A stretch of DNA of 64,000 nucleotides from Vicinamibacterales bacterium (GTDB lineage Bacteria; Acidobacteriota; Vicinamibacteria; Vicinamibacterales; UBA2999): the NCBI GenBank assembly GCA_035293405.1, contig DATDOE010000113.1, positions 28,263 through 92,262 of the forward strand, given 5' to 3'. Below are positions 9,257-19,078 of the stretch, piece by piece; position 1 is the stretch's first letter, and every line of letters begins with the position of its first letter. A program made the translations under genes and the position numbers. The notes below the pieces were generated by a model, which had not been told where the DNA came from, did no database searches, and saw nothing but the letters and a program-made list of their open reading frames with translations.

Positions 9257-10930
9257 ATGCGTACGATTGTCATTCGGGCCGCCTGCCTCGTCGCCGCCGT
9301 CGCGGCCGCTTCTGGAACGCAGGTGTTCGTTTCCGCACAGGTCCTGTTCCCGGCAGGCGGTGGTATCCAGCAACAGGCCGCCAGAAGTCCTCAGGCTGCC
9401 GCGGCTCAACAGCCCGCAACCGCCGCGCCCCAGGTCAGGCGTCTGACCGCTGACGACGCGGTCAAGCTCGCCGTGGAAAACAACCTTGGCATTCAGATCT
9501 CGCGCTTTGATCCCCGGATCCAGGATTTGAACGTCCTGGGCGCCCGCGGGCTTTGGTCGCCGTCGTTCACCTCGACGTTGCAGACCAACAGCATCCAACG
9601 GCCGTCGGCCAACATCTTCACGGGAAGCCAGGAGACCAATTTCAAACAGGAGTCAGTCACCAGCAATTTCGGCCTGCAGCAGACGCTGCCCTGGGGCGGT
9701 GTGTACGATCTCGGGTGGGACAGCTCACGAACCGACAGCAACCAGGGCGGCAACACGTTCCGGCCGCAGCTCAATTCATCGTTGTCCTTGAACTACCAGC
9801 AGCCGCTGCTGCGTGGCTGGAGCATCGACAACATCCGTCAGCAGCTCCAGGTCAGTCTCAAGAATCGCGAGATCGCGGACGTCGGGCTTCGGCAGACGCT
9901 CGCGTCCACCACGCGCACAGTACGCAACTCGTATTGGAACCTGGCCTACGCCGTGGCCTCGCTGGCCGTGCAGCAGCAGTCGCTCGATCTGGCGCAGGAA
10001 TCGTTACGCAACACTCGCGCGCGCGTCGAGATCGGCACCACTCCCCCAATCGATATCGTCGAGGCCGAATCCGAAGTGGCGGCTCGTGAAGAAGCGGTCA
10101 TCGTCGCCCAGGCCAGCATCGCCACCGCGGAGGACACTCTCCGGGCACTCGTGTTCGACCCCGCGATGCCTGACTTCTGGACCATTCGCATCGAGCCGAC
10201 AGAGTTACCGCCGTTTCAGCCGACGATCGTCGATGTCGATGGCGCCGTTCGAAACGCGCTGGAGCGCAGGACCGATCTTCAGCAGACGGTGAAATCCATG
10301 GAAGCAACGGACGTGAACATCCGCTTCTTCCGGAACCAGACGCTGCCCGACGTGACCGCGAATCTCAACTACGGCCTGGCGGCGCTTGGCGGCACGCGGC
10401 TTCCGAGCTCCGGCGGATTCCCGGGCCTCCCGGTGGATCCGACATTGCCGACTGGTCCCCTGGAGAAGGGTTATCCGAGCGTGCTCCGCGACCTGCTGGG
10501 ACTCAACAGCCCGAGCTGGACGGCGTCCCTGAACATCACCTACCCGATTGGGGCCAGCCAGGCCGACGCCAACCTCGCGCGTGCGCGCTTGCAGCACAGT
10601 CAGGCACAGACACAGCTCAAGAATCAGCAGATGCAGGTGGGGACGCAAGTCCGTCTGCAAGCCCGCAACGTGACCACCAACCAACAACGTGTGCAAAGCA
10701 CTCGCGCCTCGAGAGGGCTCGCTGAGCGGCGGCTGGACGCCGAGCAGCGGAAGTTCCAGGCCGGCACGTCCACCAGCTTCCTGGTCTTCCAGGCGCAGCG
10801 CGATCTCTCCCAGGCCCGCAACAACGAGTTGAGGGCGATCCTCGATTACAACCAGTCGGTCGTCGATTTCGAGACCGTGCAGGAGATTCCGCTCGGAGGC
10901 GGCGGCGTCGCCACCGTCCCCACACAGTAA
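9257..10930 (+). CDS. TolC-family outer membrane efflux protein
   Basis: Signal peptide 'MRTIVIRAACLVAAVAAASG'. Two repeats of the OEP coiled-coil/beta pattern ('LTADDAVKLAVENNLG', 'AVRNALERRTDLQ'). The start at 9257 is chosen inside ORF 9242..10930. Confidence 0.85.
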   Translation: MRTIVIRAACLVAAVAAASGTQVFVSAQVLFPAGGGIQQQAARSPQAAAAQQPATAAPQVRRLTADDAVKLAVENNLGIQISRFDPRIQDLNVLGARGLWSPSFTSTLQTNSIQRPSANIFTGSQETNFKQESVTSNFGLQQTLPWGGVYDLGWDSSRTDSNQGGNTFRPQLNSSLSLNYQQPLLRGWSIDNIRQQLQVSLKNREIADVGLRQTLASTTRTVRNSYWNLAYAVASLAVQQQSLDLAQESLRNTRARVEIGTTPPIDIVEAESEVAAREEAVIVAQASIATAEDTLRALVFDPAMPDFWTIRIEPTELPPFQPTIVDVDGAVRNALERRTDLQQTVKSMEATDVNIRFFRNQTLPDVTANLNYGLAALGGTRLPSSGGFPGLPVDPTLPTGPLEKGYPSVLRDLLGLNSPSWTASLNITYPIGASQADANLARARLQHSQAQTQLKNQQMQVGTQVRLQARNVTTNQQRVQSTRASRGLAERRLDAEQRKFQAGTSTSFLVFQAQRDLSQARNNELRAILDYNQSVVDFETVQEIPLGGGGVATVPTQ

Positions 10931-10956
10931 GGAACCGCTCGGGTAAGATTCAGGCC

Positions 10957-11709
10957 GTGCCGCGCGTCACGGTCACCATCATCACGCTCAACGAAGCGGA
11001 CCACATCGCCGCCGCCATCGACAGCGCTTCCTGGGCCGACGAGATCGTCCTCGTCGACTCCGGGAGCAGCGACGATACTGTTGCCATTGCCCGCGGCAAA
11101 GGCGTTCGGATCGACACGCGCGCCTGGACCAGCTACGTCGATCAGAAGAACTTCGCCGCCGGCCTCGCCTCGAACGACTGGATCCTGTCCCTCGACGCCG
11201 ACGAGCGCATCACGCCACTACTGGCCGCGGAGGTCCGCTCCCTCCTGGGCACCGAACCTCAGTACCGTGGCTACCGTGTGCCTCGCGTCACCCACCACTT
11301 CGGACGATGGGTTCGCACAACGGACTTTTATCCGGACTACCAGACGCGGCTGTACGACCGGCGCGCGGGGCGGTGGAAAGGGCAATACGTGCACGAGTCG
11401 GTGTCGGTCGACGGCGAGACCGGCCGGCTCACCAACGAGCTCGAACACTATTCCTATCGCGACCTGCGCGATCACTTCGACCGCATCAATCACTACACGA
11501 CGCTCGCCGCGCGCCAGATGCACGAGAACGGCCGCCGCTCCGGGCCGCTCCACCTGCTGTTACACCCTCCCGCGGCCTTTCTGAGGAACTACGTACTGCG
11601 GCGCGGCTTTCTGGACGGCACCGCAGGGCTCACGCTCTCGATCGTGAACTCGTACGCCGTGTTCCTGAAGTTTGCGAAGCTTTGGGAGCTTCGCAAAACT
11701 CCCAATTGA
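10957..11709 (+). CDS. family 2 glycosyltransferase
   Basis: GTG start. 'VTVTIITLNEADHI', 'VLVDSGSSDDT' and 'ILSLDADE' (DxD) fit a GT-A fold. Confidence 0.85.
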   Translation: MPRVTVTIITLNEADHIAAAIDSASWADEIVLVDSGSSDDTVAIARGKGVRIDTRAWTSYVDQKNFAAGLASNDWILSLDADERITPLLAAEVRSLLGTEPQYRGYRVPRVTHHFGRWVRTTDFYPDYQTRLYDRRAGRWKGQYVHESVSVDGETGRLTNELEHYSYRDLRDHFDRINHYTTLAARQMHENGRRSGPLHLLLHPPAAFLRNYVLRRGFLDGTAGLTLSIVNSYAVFLKFAKLWELRKTPN

Positions 11710-11712
11710 AGG

Positions 11713-12819
11713 ATGTTCTCCCTCCACATCGACACCGCGCGTACCTGGCGTGGAGGCCAGAACCAGGTGATGCACACCGTCATGGGCCTGCGCGCGCTGA
11801 GGCAGCGGGCCGCCCTTGTCGCGCATCCAGAGGGAGAGCTTTTCCGCCGCATGTCGGAGGGCACCGATCTCATCCCGCTCGCCCCTCGCAACGAAATCGA
11901 CATCGCCGCGGCCTGGCGATTGTCACGTCTCCTCAAACGGCTGAAGCCCGACCTCCTCCACGCGCACGATCCGCATGCCGTCGCGATGGCCGCCACGGCG
12001 CTCTCCATCACGTCCCCCTCGCCGATGCCGGTGCTCGTCGCCTCGCGCCGCATCGAGTTCCGGATCGCCGTGAACTCGTTTTCACGATGGAAGTACGGGC
12101 AGGTGGACTGCTTCATCGCCATCAGCGAGGCGGTTCGTGACCGGCTGGTTGCCGACGGCATTCCCCGCTCCAAGACCACCGTCGTCAACGAAGGCGTCGA
12201 CGTCGAGCGCATCGTTCACCTCACGCCGGCGAACGTGCACGCGGCCTTCTTCCTGCCAACGCACGCACCGGTCGTCGGCAACGTCGGCGCGCTCGTCACG
12301 CAGAAGGGCCAGCATCACCTCATCGACGCGGCCGCGATCGTCGTCAAGCGGATCCCCGACGCGCGGTTCGTCATTCTCGGTGAGGGCGAGCTGCGCCCGC
12401 AGCTCGAAGAGCAGATCCGCCGCAAGCATCTCGAACGTCACGTGTTCCTGGCCGGCTTCCGCCCGGACGCGCTCGAGCTGATCAAGGGATTCGATCTGTT
12501 CGCGCTGAGCTCGCTGCACGAAGGCTTGTGCACGTCGCTGGTGGACGCGATGGCCGCTTCACGAGCCGCCGTCGCGACCGACGTCGGCGGCGTGCCCGAA
12601 GTCATGGTCGATGGCGAAACAGGATTCCTGGTGCCGGCCCGCAATCACGAGGCAATGGCCGAACGGATCGTGGACCTGCTCAAGGACGATGCCCTGCGTG
12701 CGCGGATGGGTGAGGCCGCGCTGCGCCGCGCGCGGGCGCGGTTCACCGTCGAGCGCATGGTGGCGGGCACGGCGGTGACGTATGAGGCGCTGATCTCAGC
12801 CAGGAGGCAGCTCGCGTAG
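11713..12819 (+). CDS. family 4 (GT-B) glycosyltransferase
   Basis: C-terminal 'SSLHEGLCTSLVDAMAASRAAVATDVGGVPEVMVDGETGFLV' (the E-x7-E region of GT4 enzymes). Confidence 0.85.
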   Translation: MFSLHIDTARTWRGGQNQVMHTVMGLRALRQRAALVAHPEGELFRRMSEGTDLIPLAPRNEIDIAAAWRLSRLLKRLKPDLLHAHDPHAVAMAATALSITSPSPMPVLVASRRIEFRIAVNSFSRWKYGQVDCFIAISEAVRDRLVADGIPRSKTTVVNEGVDVERIVHLTPANVHAAFFLPTHAPVVGNVGALVTQKGQHHLIDAAAIVVKRIPDARFVILGEGELRPQLEEQIRRKHLERHVFLAGFRPDALELIKGFDLFALSSLHEGLCTSLVDAMAASRAAVATDVGGVPEVMVDGETGFLVPARNHEAMAERIVDLLKDDALRARMGEAALRRARARFTVERMVAGTAVTYEALISARRQLA

Positions 12820-14067
12820 TCGCCGCTCGAGAAACCGGCGCTGCGGATCCTGCCTGGTGAGTCCGAGCGCACGGACGTACGACGCACGCGCGTCGGCCGT
12901 TCTTCCGAGCCGCCGGCACAGGTCCGCCCGCGCCGAGTGCGCCAGCTGGTAGTCTCCGAGGTCTCCGCGCGCCAGGATCGCATCGACCATCGCGAGGCCG
13001 GCCTCGGGTCCATCACGCATGGCCACTGCCGCCGCCCGGTTGAACTCCACCACGGGCGACGGATCCGCCCGCACGAGCACGTCGTAGAGACCGACGATCT
13101 GGGCCCAGTCGGTCGCGGCAGCGGTTGGGGCTTCGGCGTGGACGGCCGCGATCGCGGCCTGCAGCGTGTAGGGTCCGAACCGGTGTGTCGTGAGGGCGCG
13201 CTCGACCAGTCCACAGCCTTCGGCGATCTGATCGCGATTCCACAACGATCGATCCTGATCGTCGAGCAGGATCAATTCGCCCTGGTGCGTCGCGCGTGCG
13301 GTACGCCGCGACTCGTGGAGCAGCATCAGCGCCAGCAGGCCGATGACTTCGGCCTCCGACAACAGCTCGGCCAGTAAACGTCCCAGCCGGATCGCCTCGG
13401 CCGAGAGGTCGTGTCGAGTCAGTGACGCTCCAGACGAGGCCGAGTACCCCTCGTTGAACACCAGGTAGACGACCTGAAGCACCGAGTCGAGCCGGCCGGG
13501 CAGGTCGGAGCGCGAGGGCACTTGATAGGGAATCCGCGCGTCGCGGATCTTTGCCTTTGCACGCACAATCCGCTGGGCCACGGTGGGGGGCGCGCTGAGG
13601 AACGCGTGCGCGATCTCCTCGGTCGTGAGGCCGCACACTTCGCGCAGCGTGAGCGCGATCTGCGTGTCGGGTGTCAGGGCCGGATGGCAGCAAGTGAAGA
13701 TCAGCCGCAATCGATCGTCTTCCACGCCATCGTCGTCCCATTGCGTCGCGTCGCTGGTGGCCGTCTCGAGTTGCGCGGCGAGCTCCCCGAGGGCCGCGTC
13801 GAACCGGGCCCGCCGCCTCATGCCGTCGATGGCTTTGAAGCGGCCGGTCGAGACGAGCCAGGCCCGGGGATTCTCGGGTACACCGTCCCGTGGCCACCGC
13901 TCGACGGCCGCGATGAAGGCGTCGTGCAGCGCCTCCTCGGCGCGATCGAAGTCGCCGAGCAGGCGGATCAGCGTGGCGAGGACGCGACGCGACTCCGCCC
14001 GGTAGACGGCGTCAACCGTCTCTCGGGCGATGTCGCCTGTGTCGTCCCCGTCCCGTGATGGGCTCAC
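12796..14067 (-). CDS. ECF-type RNA polymerase sigma factor with long C-terminal extension
   Basis: Sigma region 2 ('AEEALHDAFIAAVERWP') and region 4 ('LTLREVCGLTTEEIAHAFLSAPPTVAQRIVRAK') are followed by about 230 aa of helical repeat. Paired with a YCII gene, as is usual for this sigma subgroup. Confidence 0.85.
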   Translation of the reverse strand: MSPSRDGDDTGDIARETVDAVYRAESRRVLATLIRLLGDFDRAEEALHDAFIAAVERWPRDGVPENPRAWLVSTGRFKAIDGMRRRARFDAALGELAAQLETATSDATQWDDDGVEDDRLRLIFTCCHPALTPDTQIALTLREVCGLTTEEIAHAFLSAPPTVAQRIVRAKAKIRDARIPYQVPSRSDLPGRLDSVLQVVYLVFNEGYSASSGASLTRHDLSAEAIRLGRLLAELLSEAEVIGLLALMLLHESRRTARATHQGELILLDDQDRSLWNRDQIAEGCGLVERALTTHRFGPYTLQAAIAAVHAEAPTAAATDWAQIVGLYDVLVRADPSPVVEFNRAAAVAMRDGPEAGLAMVDAILARGDLGDYQLAHSARADLCRRLGRTADARASYVRALGLTRQDPQRRFLERRLRELPPG

Positions 14068-14076
14068 GGTACCGGC

Positions 14077-14427
14077 TTAACCGAACACCTCGATTGGCCG
14101 CACTTCGACGCTGCCGGTGCGGGCCGACGGGATCTTCGAGGCCACTTGAATGGCGTCATTCAGGTCCCGGGCCTCAATGAGGTAGTACCCGCCCAGCTGT
14201 TCCTTGGTTTCCGCGAAGGGCCCGTCGGTCGTGGACAGCTTGCCGTTGCGCATCCGCACGGTCGTGGCCGTACTCACGGGCTTGAACGCTTCGCCGCCCA
14301 CGTAGTGGCCGCTCTTCTTGACGCCTTCGGTGAAGGCGAAATACTCGCCCATGAAGGCGTCGCCCTCCTCCTTGGACATCGTGGCCGCCTTCTTCTCGTC
14401 GTCATAAATCAGGCACAGATACTTCAT
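14077..14427 (-). CDS. YCII-related (DGPF) domain protein
   Basis: 116 aa. 'MKYLCLIY', 'TDGPFAETKEQLGGYYLIEA'. Confidence 0.85.
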   Translation of the reverse strand: MKYLCLIYDDEKKAATMSKEEGDAFMGEYFAFTEGVKKSGHYVGGEAFKPVSTATTVRMRNGKLSTTDGPFAETKEQLGGYYLIEARDLNDAIQVASKIPSARTGSVEVRPIEVFG

Positions 14428-14497
14428 GGCTCCTCCGAATCAGGGGTGAAAACTGCTTGAACAGCGGATAGTCGATCGGGGAGGCCCGAGATCGACA

Positions 14498-15373
14498 TCA
14501 CGTTTTGGCTCTGATTTTGTCGGCTTTGATTTTGGGGAAACACATTCCTCGTAGCGGGCACTGCGTGTCCCGCTGGGCCTTCCCGAACCCACAGGCGTTC
14601 ATCATGCCCACGTGGCAGAGGGCGAAGTCGTAGCGGACGGGGTCACGCGCATCCACGTCCCGCAGCGCGGCCGTAATCTCAGCGGCCATCTTCCATCCCG
14701 GGCTCGTGTAGCGGGTCAGCCGAAGGCAGCGACCCAGGCGAATCACATGTGTGTCCAGGGGGACGATCAGCCTGGATGGAGACACGCGCGTCCAGACGCC
14801 GAGATCGATTTCATCCTTTCTGACCATCCATCGCAGGAACAAATTGAGCCGCTTGCAGGCGCTGCCGGCCGAGGGCCTGGGAAAGAAGTACGACACGCCA
14901 CGCTGCTTTGGTACGTGGCGTCCGTACGCCGGCCGTAAATCGGTGGCGAGCGCGCGTGTGGAGAAGGCATCGAGGGCCGGGCCGACGTGCGACACGCCCG
15001 GATCATCACCCTCCAGGAAGAACGCTTCGATCGACCCGGATTCGCGCAGCATCCGGCGCAGCACCAACAGCAGGGCGACGAGATCGCGGCCGCGAATCCA
15101 GCGATGGACGAGCGGCGCGAGCCGGGCACCGTGACGTGCAGGATCGAAGCCGCGCACAAAGGCCGCCGGATGCGGGCCCATCACCTTCAGGAGCGCCTCG
15201 ATCGACTGCAGCACGCTGGCCACGCGGCCGAACGCCAGGCCGGCGGCGCAGAACCCGACGACCTCGCGATCGTCCGGCGCGGTGTACCGGCGAACGATGT
15301 GCACGGGGTCTGTCGCGGAGGTCACGTGGTCGAAGGACCTGTACAGACCTTCGAGTCGCTCGCCGGCGGTCAT
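14498..15373 (-). CDS. TIGR02757/DUF2400 family protein
   Basis: The ATG at 15373 gives 'MTAGERLEGLY'. Conserved 'SACKRLNLFLRWMVRKD' and 'VPLDTHV'. The rest of ORF 14498..15751 overlaps the upstream gene. Confidence 0.75.
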   Translation of the reverse strand: MTAGERLEGLYRSFDHVTSATDPVHIVRRYTAPDDREVVGFCAAGLAFGRVASVLQSIEALLKVMGPHPAAFVRGFDPARHGARLAPLVHRWIRGRDLVALLLVLRRMLRESGSIEAFFLEGDDPGVSHVGPALDAFSTRALATDLRPAYGRHVPKQRGVSYFFPRPSAGSACKRLNLFLRWMVRKDEIDLGVWTRVSPSRLIVPLDTHVIRLGRCLRLTRYTSPGWKMAAEITAALRDVDARDPVRYDFALCHVGMMNACGFGKAQRDTQCPLRGMCFPKIKADKIRAKT

Positions 15374-15384
15374 CACATCGATGA

Positions 15385-16470
15385 TTATCTGCCGGGCACG
15401 ACGCCGGCCAGCGCAACGAGGGCGAGCAGGCCGCCCACACCGGCCCAGAAGGCGGTCGCGCTCCAGAGATAGATGGGATACGGGTTCGCGGTGCTGACAT
15501 ACGAACGCGGGTCGCCGCCTACCCTGGCCGCCGTATTGGCGCGCTGTTCCGGCGGCCAGCGGGCACCGGACGGCGTCGAGTAGGTCGGGAACGCCAGCAC
15601 GGGGTCGAAGTAGTGCTCGAGGATCAGATTCTCCTTCCACGCGGTCCACGCGTCGCCCTCGTTGCGACGCTGGATGTGCCAGATCCCTTCCGCGAGGTAG
15701 TGATCCTCCATCGACACGCGCCGCAGCCCACGCGGCGGCTCGGCTCGCCACCTCACGGCCCGATCGACTGATGCGGCGGTCAGATCGTCCGCTGAATAGC
15801 GGGAGCGGAATGTCCCGAGGTCGGAGTCCCGTATTTCATGGCCGAGATGCACGGCATGAACGAACAGCGCCAGGGTGACGATGGTCATCGCGGCGAACAC
15901 GGCAAGCGCGCGCCGCCCGTTGCGATCCGGCAGCACGGTCGCACGCGCCGGAGGGTCGAGGCCAAGGCTGAACGTCAGGCCACACGCAATCGCGGCCCCG
16001 TTCAGCAGCACGTCGTGCAGCTCGCCCACGCGGGCCGGAATGAGCCACTGGAAGCCTTCATCGAGTATGCCGACGGTGATGCCGGCGAGAATCGGGAAGA
16101 CGAGCGCGGTGACGTCTCCTTGCGCGCGCCACGCCCGATAGAAGAGCCACGTCAGCACGCCGTACTCGACGAAGTGAAACCGCTCCACGACATCCACGTC
16201 GGCATTGCCGGTCGCGGTCAGGCCGGCGTAGATCACTCCGCCCCCCACAGCCGCAACCAGCGCACCGTACCGCAACAGCCGTCGCTCACGGATTCGCGCC
16301 AGCGCCGTCACCACCGCCGCGGCCACGGCAGCGATCACGATGCCGCCAACGATGTTGCGATACTGGCCGGGAAGAGCGGTCTGAATCGAGGCGCGGATCT
16401 GGCCGACGTACGGGGCGCCGAGGACGACCGTCAGCGATGCGAGGAGCGCGAGGAGCAACCGGGCGCGCAT
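15385..16470 (-). CDS. VanZ-like membrane protein with C-terminal extension
   Basis: 'ERFHFVEYGVLTWLF' and 'DEGFQWLIPARVGELHDVLLNGAAIACG' match the VanZ pattern. Several TM helices. Start taken at 'MRARLLLALL'. Confidence 0.65.
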   Translation of the reverse strand: MRARLLLALLASLTVVLGAPYVGQIRASIQTALPGQYRNIVGGIVIAAVAAAVVTALARIRERRLLRYGALVAAVGGGVIYAGLTATGNADVDVVERFHFVEYGVLTWLFYRAWRAQGDVTALVFPILAGITVGILDEGFQWLIPARVGELHDVLLNGAAIACGLTFSLGLDPPARATVLPDRNGRRALAVFAAMTIVTLALFVHAVHLGHEIRDSDLGTFRSRYSADDLTAASVDRAVRWRAEPPRGLRRVSMEDHYLAEGIWHIQRRNEGDAWTAWKENLILEHYFDPVLAFPTYSTPSGARWPPEQRANTAARVGGDPRSYVSTANPYPIYLWSATAFWAGVGGLLALVALAGVVPGR

Positions 16471-16471
16471 G

Positions 16472-16963
16472 TCATGCGCTGGGTGACGAGGCGGCGCGGT
16501 GGAGCGCATCGCCCGTGAGACGGCAGATCCGCCAGTCGTCCATCACCTGAGCACCCAGCCGCCGGTAGAACACGATGGCGGATTCGTTCCAGTCGAGGAC
16601 GCTCCATTCCATCCGGCCGCAGTGTCTCTGAACCGCGATCGCGGCCACGTGACCGAGCAACTGCCGGCCGACACCTTTGCCGCGCCAGTCCTGGACGACG
16701 AACAGATCCTCGAGGTAGAGACCGGGGCGGCCGAGGAACGTCGAGAAGTTGTGGAAGAAAAGCGCGAAGCCGACGGGCACCTTGCCGGCGTAGGCGAGCA
16801 CCACCTCGGCCGCCGGCTGCGGACCGAACAGGCTGACGCGAAGGTCCTCCTCGGTGGCGGTCACCTCGTGCGAGAGCTGCTCGTACTCGGCCAGGCCCTG
16901 GATCATCTGAAGGATGACCGCCACATCGCCTGCGTGCGCAGGAACGATTCGCACACTCTCCAT
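16472..16963 (-). CDS. GNAT family N-acetyltransferase
   Basis: 'LEDLFVVQDWRGKGVGRQLL' acetyl-CoA motif A. Start taken at 'MESVRIVPA'. Confidence 0.85.
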   Translation of the reverse strand: MESVRIVPAHAGDVAVILQMIQGLAEYEQLSHEVTATEEDLRVSLFGPQPAAEVVLAYAGKVPVGFALFFHNFSTFLGRPGLYLEDLFVVQDWRGKGVGRQLLGHVAAIAVQRHCGRMEWSVLDWNESAIVFYRRLGAQVMDDWRICRLTGDALHRAASSPSA

Positions 16964-17023
16964 TCGACTTTCCCCTCTCACGAGCCACGGAGGCACGAAG
17001 ACACGTTCGTGATCATGATCCTG

Positions 17024-17644
17024 CTAGAAGGTGTTGATGGGAACCCCTGCCTGGCACAACGGGCAGGCATCCGCCGGATGGTTCTCCGGTGCCTTGTACT
17101 CCGCCAGCGGAATGTTCGGCACGCCGACGTCGACGATCGCTTCCATGCGGTCGTAGATCTGCGCCGTCGCGATCACCGTTCCGCCGCCCTCGCGGACGAG
17201 CGCGGCGCATCGCACCAGCGTCTGACCCGTGTTGCGTACATCGTCAACGAGGAGGACGGTGCGTCCCTTGACCTGTGCCTGATAGAAGCGGCTCAGGACG
17301 GGCCCGCTGCCGGGATCGACGGCAAACGGCGCAAACAACGTCGGCTCACGCGTGATCTCGCGCTGGCTGTCGAGCAGCCCGGCGATCGTGTGCGCGAGCA
17401 GAGCGCCGCCGGTCACGGGTCCAGCCACGACCTCGGTCGCGTCGAGAATCGATCGCGGCAGCACGTCGAGCAGATCCTGTGCGAATCGCCAGATGGTCGA
17501 GGGATGCCTGAACAGCTGATGCGGATTCAGATAGACGCGCCCGTGGTAGCCATTGCCGAAGTCGAAATGCCCATTGAGCATCAGGACCGAGTGCTGCTGC
17601 AGGTCCCTCAGCGCCTTCTCGCGGATCTCGTCTCGTCGATTCAT
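17024..17644 (-). CDS. phosphoribosyltransferase-family protein (PyrE-like paralogue)
   Basis: PRPP loop 'TVLLVDDVRNTGQTL' and C-terminal 'CPLCQAGVP', as in the pyrE at 8581..9159. ATG at 17644 ('MNRRDEIREK'). Confidence 0.8.
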   Translation of the reverse strand: MNRRDEIREKALRDLQQHSVLMLNGHFDFGNGYHGRVYLNPHQLFRHPSTIWRFAQDLLDVLPRSILDATEVVAGPVTGGALLAHTIAGLLDSQREITREPTLFAPFAVDPGSGPVLSRFYQAQVKGRTVLLVDDVRNTGQTLVRCAALVREGGGTVIATAQIYDRMEAIVDVGVPNIPLAEYKAPENHPADACPLCQAGVPINTF

Positions 17645-17664
17645 GCTTTGGGTGCACTCATAAC

Positions 17665-17758
17665 AACTCCCAAATGCCCAACTCCCAACTCCCAACTCGG
17701 AATACCCAACTTCGTAGCGCCGATGTTTTGGGAGTTGGCTTTTTGGGAGTTGGTAGTT
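17665..17758. repeat. heptamer-array inverted repeat, GGGAGTT flavour
   Basis: The left arm has about 7 units of aactccc-like sequence (17665-17714). The right arm is 'gggagttggctttttgggagttggtagtt' (17730-17758). Confidence 0.9.
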
Positions 17759-17770
17759 GACAGCGTCATT

Positions 17771-19078
17771 TCAGAGCGCGATGTGGGCGTCAGGGTTCAC
17801 GAAGAGCGTGCGACCACCAACGATGGTCGCCGACACACCGCCACGCAGCTCCCAGCCGTCGAACGGCGTGTTCTTCGAACGCGAACGCAGGGAGGCCGCC
17901 TGGATACGCACGCGCAGGTCCGGGGCAATGACCGTGATGTCCGCCGGTGCTCCCTCAGACAGGGTCCCTCCGGGCACACGCAAGATCCGCGCGGGGTTCG
18001 TAGACATCAGCTCCACCAGCCTGGGCAGACGGATCAGGCCCGAGTGGACCAGCCGGTCGAGCGAGAGCGACACGGCTGTCTCCAGCCCGACGATCCCGAA
18101 CGGCGCGCGGTCGAACTCGACCTTCTTCTCGTCGTAGTGGTGCGGCGCGTGATCGGTGGCGATCGCATCGACCGCGCCGTCGGCGATGCCGGCCAGCATG
18201 GCGTCACGGTCGGCCGCCTCGCGCAGGGGAGGATTCATCTTCACGTTGGTGTCGTAGGGAATCGGCGCGCCCAGCGCCTCGTCGGTCAGCGTGAAGTGAT
18301 GCGGCGCCACCTCACAGGTCACCCGCACCCCGCTCTCCTTGCCCTTGCGCACGGCGCGCAGCGACGCGCGCGCGCTCATGTGCGCCACGTGAAAGGCCGA
18401 TCCGGTCAGCTCGGACAGCAGGACGCCGCGTTCCACGCCCAGCGCTTCGGCGGCCCCGGGCATACCGCGCAGCCCGAGCGACGCGGCGTGGAAACCCTCA
18501 TGGGCAACACCATCGGCCTTGAGCGACTGATCCTCGCAATGCTCGATGACGGGAATACCGAACATGCCCGCGTATTCGAGCGCGCGGCGCAGCAGCATCG
18601 CCGTCGCCACCGGATGCCCGTCGTCGGTAATCGCGACGCAGCCGGCATCCTTCAACTCGGCGATATCCGCGAGGAGCTCACCTCTGGATCCCTTCGACAC
18701 CGCACCAATCGGATACACGCGCGCGAGGCCGGCCTCGGCGGCCTTGGCCAGAATCAGCAACGTGACGTTGGCGTTGTCGTTGACCGGAGAGGTGTTGGGC
18801 ATGCACGCCACCGCCGTGAAACCACCGGCCACGGCCGACGCGGTCCCCGTGGCCACGGTTTCCTTGTGCTCCTGGCCAGGCTCGCGCAGGTGCACGTGCA
18901 TGTCGATGAAGCCCGGACAGATCACGAACCCGGCGGGAATCTCGACGACGGTCGCGCCGTTGACCGGCAGGTCACGGCCGACGCGAGCGATCCGATCGCC
19001 CTCGATCAGCACATCGTGGATGCCGTCGATCCCGTTGGCGGGATCGACCACTCGCCCGCCCTTAAGCAGCTTCTTCAT
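17771..19078 (-). CDS. pyrC: dihydroorotase
   Basis: '[13 protein letters not shown]' metal-binding HxH and 'ATDHAPH'. Overlaps the pyrB 3' end. Confidence 0.93.
   Translation of the reverse strand: MKKLLKGGRVVDPANGIDGIHDVLIEGDRIARVGRDLPVNGATVVEIPAGFVICPGFIDMHVHLREPGQEHKETVATGTASAVAGGFTAVACMPNTSPVNDNANVTLLILAKAAEAGLARVYPIGAVSKGSRGELLADIAELKDAGCVAITDDGHPVATAMLLRRALEYAGMFGIPVIEHCEDQSLKADGVAHEGFHAASLGLRGMPGAAEALGVERGVLLSELTGSAFHVAHMSARASLRAVRKGKESGVRVTCEVAPHHFTLTDEALGAPIPYDTNVKMNPPLREAADRDAMLAGIADGAVDAIATDHAPHHYDEKKVEFDRAPFGIVGLETAVSLSLDRLVHSGLIRLPRLVELMSTNPARILRVPGGTLSEGAPADITVIAPDLRVRIQAASLRSRSKNTPFDGWELRGGVSATIVGGRTLFVNPDAHIAL

Noticed and set aside
14498-15751. 417-aa version of the DUF2400 gene
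   Set aside because: The upstream 126 aa overlap the VanZ-like gene and are Arg/Ala-rich. The conserved family sequence starts at the ATG at 15373.
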